A stretch of 64,000 nt of DNA from Patescibacteria group bacterium. GTDB lineage: Bacteria; Patescibacteriota; Patescibacteriia; UBA9570. The translations under genes and the position numbers were made by a program. This document shows positions 61,393-64,000 of the stretch, piece by piece. The stretch is from contig JBAZWO010000003.1 in NCBI GenBank assembly GCA_041660305.1, forward strand, positions 72,705 through 136,704. Direction: 5' to 3'. The stretch's first letter is position 1. The number at the start of each line of letters is the position of its first letter. The notes under the pieces were generated by a model. It was not told the origin of the DNA. It saw only the letters and a program-made list of their open reading frames with translations, and ran no database searches.

Positions 61393-64000
61393 ATGAAAAC
61401 ATTACAAATCACTACCACCAGCTTATTGTTGTTAACTTGTTTATATTATCCGTTTGTACCAGTGCTAGCCGCTTCGTATCAAACCGCTACGGTACTTAGC
61501 GAAATAGATGCTGGCGATGGCCAAAATGCCAAACAGGCCTATCTAGATGAGCCAAAAGGGCTAGATATCAGTAATAATATTACTTATGTAACCGATTCTA
61601 CTAATAACGTTATTGAAAAAATCAGTGCCCAGGGCACAATTTCTACCGTGGCCGGCAGCCGCGCCTATGGTTATAAAGATGGTTTTGCCCCACAAGCCGA
61701 ATTTGCCGCACCTCAAGACATTGCGGTATATAATAACGGTGCCGAAATTTTTGTAGCAGACACTAATAACAATGCGATTCGAAAAATTAGCGGCCAAACT
61801 GTTTCTACTATTGTTGATAATTTAAGCGCGCCTAGTGGCGTAGCTGTGTATCAAAATACCGTATGGATTGCGGATACAAATAACAACCGAATTTTAAGTA
61901 CGAATCGATCCGGCAATGGTTTAACCACGGTAGTAAAAAATTTAAATCACCCTACTAAATTAGCTTATTGGCCAGAACAGCATCAATTATTATTCGTAAA
62001 CGCCGGTGATCAAACTGTTCGAGCGGTTAACACTAGTACCGGCAGACAATCGCCTGTATTAATGAGTGGTTTTGAAGATATCGGAGGAATTTATCGAGAC
62101 AACAAAACATTGTTTGTAGCCGCTAGCCGTTCTATTGGTGTATTTAATGAAATTTGGCGCACGGATTTATCTGTAAAAAACGGCCTAGTCTACAGTAATG
62201 CTACCTTACGTTTGTCTAAAGTAAGAGAAACTGAACATTTAAATTCTGCTGCCGATGTAAGTATGCGCACCGATACTATGGCTTGGGAAGAATATTATAA
62301 CTGGTTACCTAATATTATTTATAATAAAGAAGAACAACCAGAATTATTACCACCGGCGCACAATTACCAGCAAACTAAAACCGACGGCTTAACCTGCTTG
62401 CCTATTCGTCAGGAAGGTCAAAATAAATGGCGCAAACAATGGACATTGCCATTAGATACCACTAAAGAAACTCAAACTGCCAAATTTACCTTGCGTTATG
62501 CTTATCAGGGTGATTTGCCGTTTTTTCGCGTCCGCTTAGTACCTAGCGATGACACTACTACTACTACCAAAAACCGTTCTACCTGGAAAAACGGCCGGAC
62601 TATTCAAATGATTGGTTCATCTCCAACTAATTTGGCCGTATCCAAACGTCAACCTTATACCGCTACATTAAGCTGGGATACAGTAACCGAGGCGGCTTAC
62701 TATAATCTGGCCATCATTAACGATGCGGGTGATGCTGTTTATAATAAAAACGATTTAACTAAAAATAAACTCACTTTACCGGATAAAACCCTGCGCTCTA
62801 ATCAAGCTTATCAGTTTCATGTGCAAGCCTGTGCTAGCGATAATACCTGTGGAGATTGGTCCGATTATAAAACTTTCCGCACTAAACCAGCTCCAGTAAA
62901 GAAAATTTATAATATCGATCCAGCTCGCTCCACTAGAATTGAACAACAGCCAAACGGCAATTTTTTAGCCACCTTAAGTTTCACCTTGCCAAAACCTAAG
63001 CGCAATAATACTGAAAATTTAAGCGCTGTGGTGCAATTATGCAGTAATAACACAAATCATGCCGATACCATTTCTGCTAAACGATTATACGTACTATATA
63101 AAGGCGGTGCCGCTATTATTGCCTGGCGCAATGATGGCACTGTTCCGGTATTACAAGCTGGCAAACATCGCTTTCAAGAAGAATTTGGTGATAAAATTAG
63201 CGCATTAACTGGCCGACCAAAGGCGTTAGCCTTATCTAGTGATCAAAACAAATTATATATTGCCCAAAATAATCAATTAGCTGAATACGATTTTTCTGCG
63301 CAAACCTTACGTTTTATCGCCGGCCATTTAATGGATAGTTACGCTGAAGGCGTTGGTGATACTGCTAGATTTTCTGACCCATCCGCTATTGCTATTTCAC
63401 CGAATAACAAAAAATTATACGTAGCCGATAGAAATAATCACCGTATTCGTGTAGTTGATATTGCTACAGATACGGTTAGTTATTTAACCGGGGCTGGTAG
63501 CGTAAATTATGGGTTTGTTTCTACAGCTGGTAACGGTTATCAGGAAGGTAAGGCCTGCCCAGATACTTATACCCAAAATCAAGCCGGTTGCGCTTATTTT
63601 AACCGCCCTACTGGCATTGCTATATCGCCTAATGGAAAAAAATTATACATTGCTGAAGGTGGTAATAATCGCATTCGTTCAGTAAATACCAAAACCGGTA
63701 AAACTAAATTAATTGCCGGCAACGGCCAAGCCGGTTTTAAAAACGGCGTTGGATCCGCCGCTCAATTTAACGGCCCTTATATGGTGACTATTTCCAGTAA
63801 TGGTAAAACTCTATACGTTACCGATAAAAACAATAACGCTATCCGTGCTATAGACTTAGCTACTAATAATGTATCTACCTTTGCTACTAAATTAGGCATC
63901 CCAGAATACATTACCCAAAATAATAACACGTTATACTGGTCTGAAGCCGCTACCAACTCCATTCGTTCCGCTAGTTTAGCTTCTGGCAGTGCCGCTACTA
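61393..64000 (+). CDS. Large secreted NHL-repeat beta-propeller protein with a fibronectin type III-like module; 3' end beyond the window
   Basis: I translated it by hand from ATG 61393 and it stays open to the window end. Signal peptide present. Repeated ...P.GIA......LYVAD..NN.IR.I.. motifs (e.g. KLYVADRNNHRIRVVD, KLYIAEGGNNRIRSVN) read as NHL repeats. PTNLAVSKRQPYTATLSWDTV...YQFHVQAC is FN3-like. Confidence 0.8.
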   Translation, partial: MKTLQITTTSLLLLTCLYYPFVPVLAASYQTATVLSEIDAGDGQNAKQAYLDEPKGLDISNNITYVTDSTNNVIEKISAQGTISTVAGSRAYGYKDGFAPQAEFAAPQDIAVYNNGAEIFVADTNNNAIRKISGQTVSTIVDNLSAPSGVAVYQNTVWIADTNNNRILSTNRSGNGLTTVVKNLNHPTKLAYWPEQHQLLFVNAGDQTVRAVNTSTGRQSPVLMSGFEDIGGIYRDNKTLFVAASRSIGVFNEIWRTDLSVKNGLVYSNATLRLSKVRETEHLNSAADVSMRTDTMAWEEYYNWLPNIIYNKEEQPELLPPAHNYQQTKTDGLTCLPIRQEGQNKWRKQWTLPLDTTKETQTAKFTLRYAYQGDLPFFRVRLVPSDDTTTTTKNRSTWKNGRTIQMIGSSPTNLAVSKRQPYTATLSWDTVTEAAYYNLAIINDAGDAVYNKNDLTKNKLTLPDKTLRSNQAYQFHVQACASDNTCGDWSDYKTFRTKPAPVKKIYNIDPARSTRIEQQPNGNFLATLSFTLPKPKRNNTENLSAVVQLCSNNTNHADTISAKRLYVLYKGGAAIIAWRNDGTVPVLQAGKHRFQEEFGDKISALTGRPKALALSSDQNKLYIAQNNQLAEYDFSAQTLRFIAGHLMDSYAEGVGDTARFSDPSAIAISPNNKKLYVADRNNHRIRVVDIATDTVSYLTGAGSVNYGFVSTAGNGYQEGKACPDTYTQNQAGCAYFNRPTGIAISPNGKKLYIAEGGNNRIRSVNTKTGKTKLIAGNGQAGFKNGVGSAAQFNGPYMVTISSNGKTLYVTDKNNNAIRAIDLATNNVSTFATKLGIPEYITQNNNTLYWSEAATNSIRSASLASGSAAT

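Noticed and set aside
1-64000. Alternative genetic code (UGA recoded, as in some CPR-related lineages)
   Set aside because: Well-recognised genes end at TGA where expected; for example, the nucleotidyltransferase gene ends at 34773 with an ATGA overlap. Conserved proteins (rpoB, rpoC, polA, uvrB) are uninterrupted under the standard code.

Overview
AT-rich, gene-dense bacterial chromosome segment that reads with the standard code: TAA, TAG and TGA all close ORFs, and ATGA start/stop overlaps are common. The gene content suggests a Candidate Phyla Radiation (Patescibacteria) type genome, but that placement is inference only. It rests on many copies of a small two-helix T4SS-pilin-like protein, FemAB, LCP, a Mur ligase, YvcK, few metabolic genes and many small secreted or hypothetical proteins. 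Core genes recognised: polA, holA, rpsT, uvrB, ruvA, xseA/xseB, lexA, rpoB, rpoC, a CBS-less IMPDH, trxB and one tRNA-Gly(CCC). Accessory content includes three complete type II toxin-antitoxin pairs (RelE-like, BrnT/BrnA, YafQ/DinJ) plus an orphan Phd/YefM-like gene. There are ten pilin-like paralogues; nine sit in one convergent cluster at 23.6-28.3 kb, with different extracellular modules fused to the same core. Large secreted proteins are also present (LTD/OB protein, S8 protease, NHL/FN3 protein). The outstanding anomaly is a sharply bounded ~4 kb high-GC segment (about 43.16-47.27 kb). It carries a single ~1255-aa lipoprotein gene built from about 18 Cys/Asp-rich metal-binding-type modules plus a fibrinogen-like C-terminal domain, and it is bracketed by a small family of GC-rich hairpins. 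It is either a recent foreign acquisition or an assembly chimera. Other recurring signals: (extended) -10 boxes placed 6-7 nt before the ATG, implying leaderless mRNAs; an 18-bp perfect inverted repeat over the lexA promoter; and a polypyrimidine/polypurine hairpin repeat family at gene ends. No rRNA, CRISPR array, transposase or integrase was seen.
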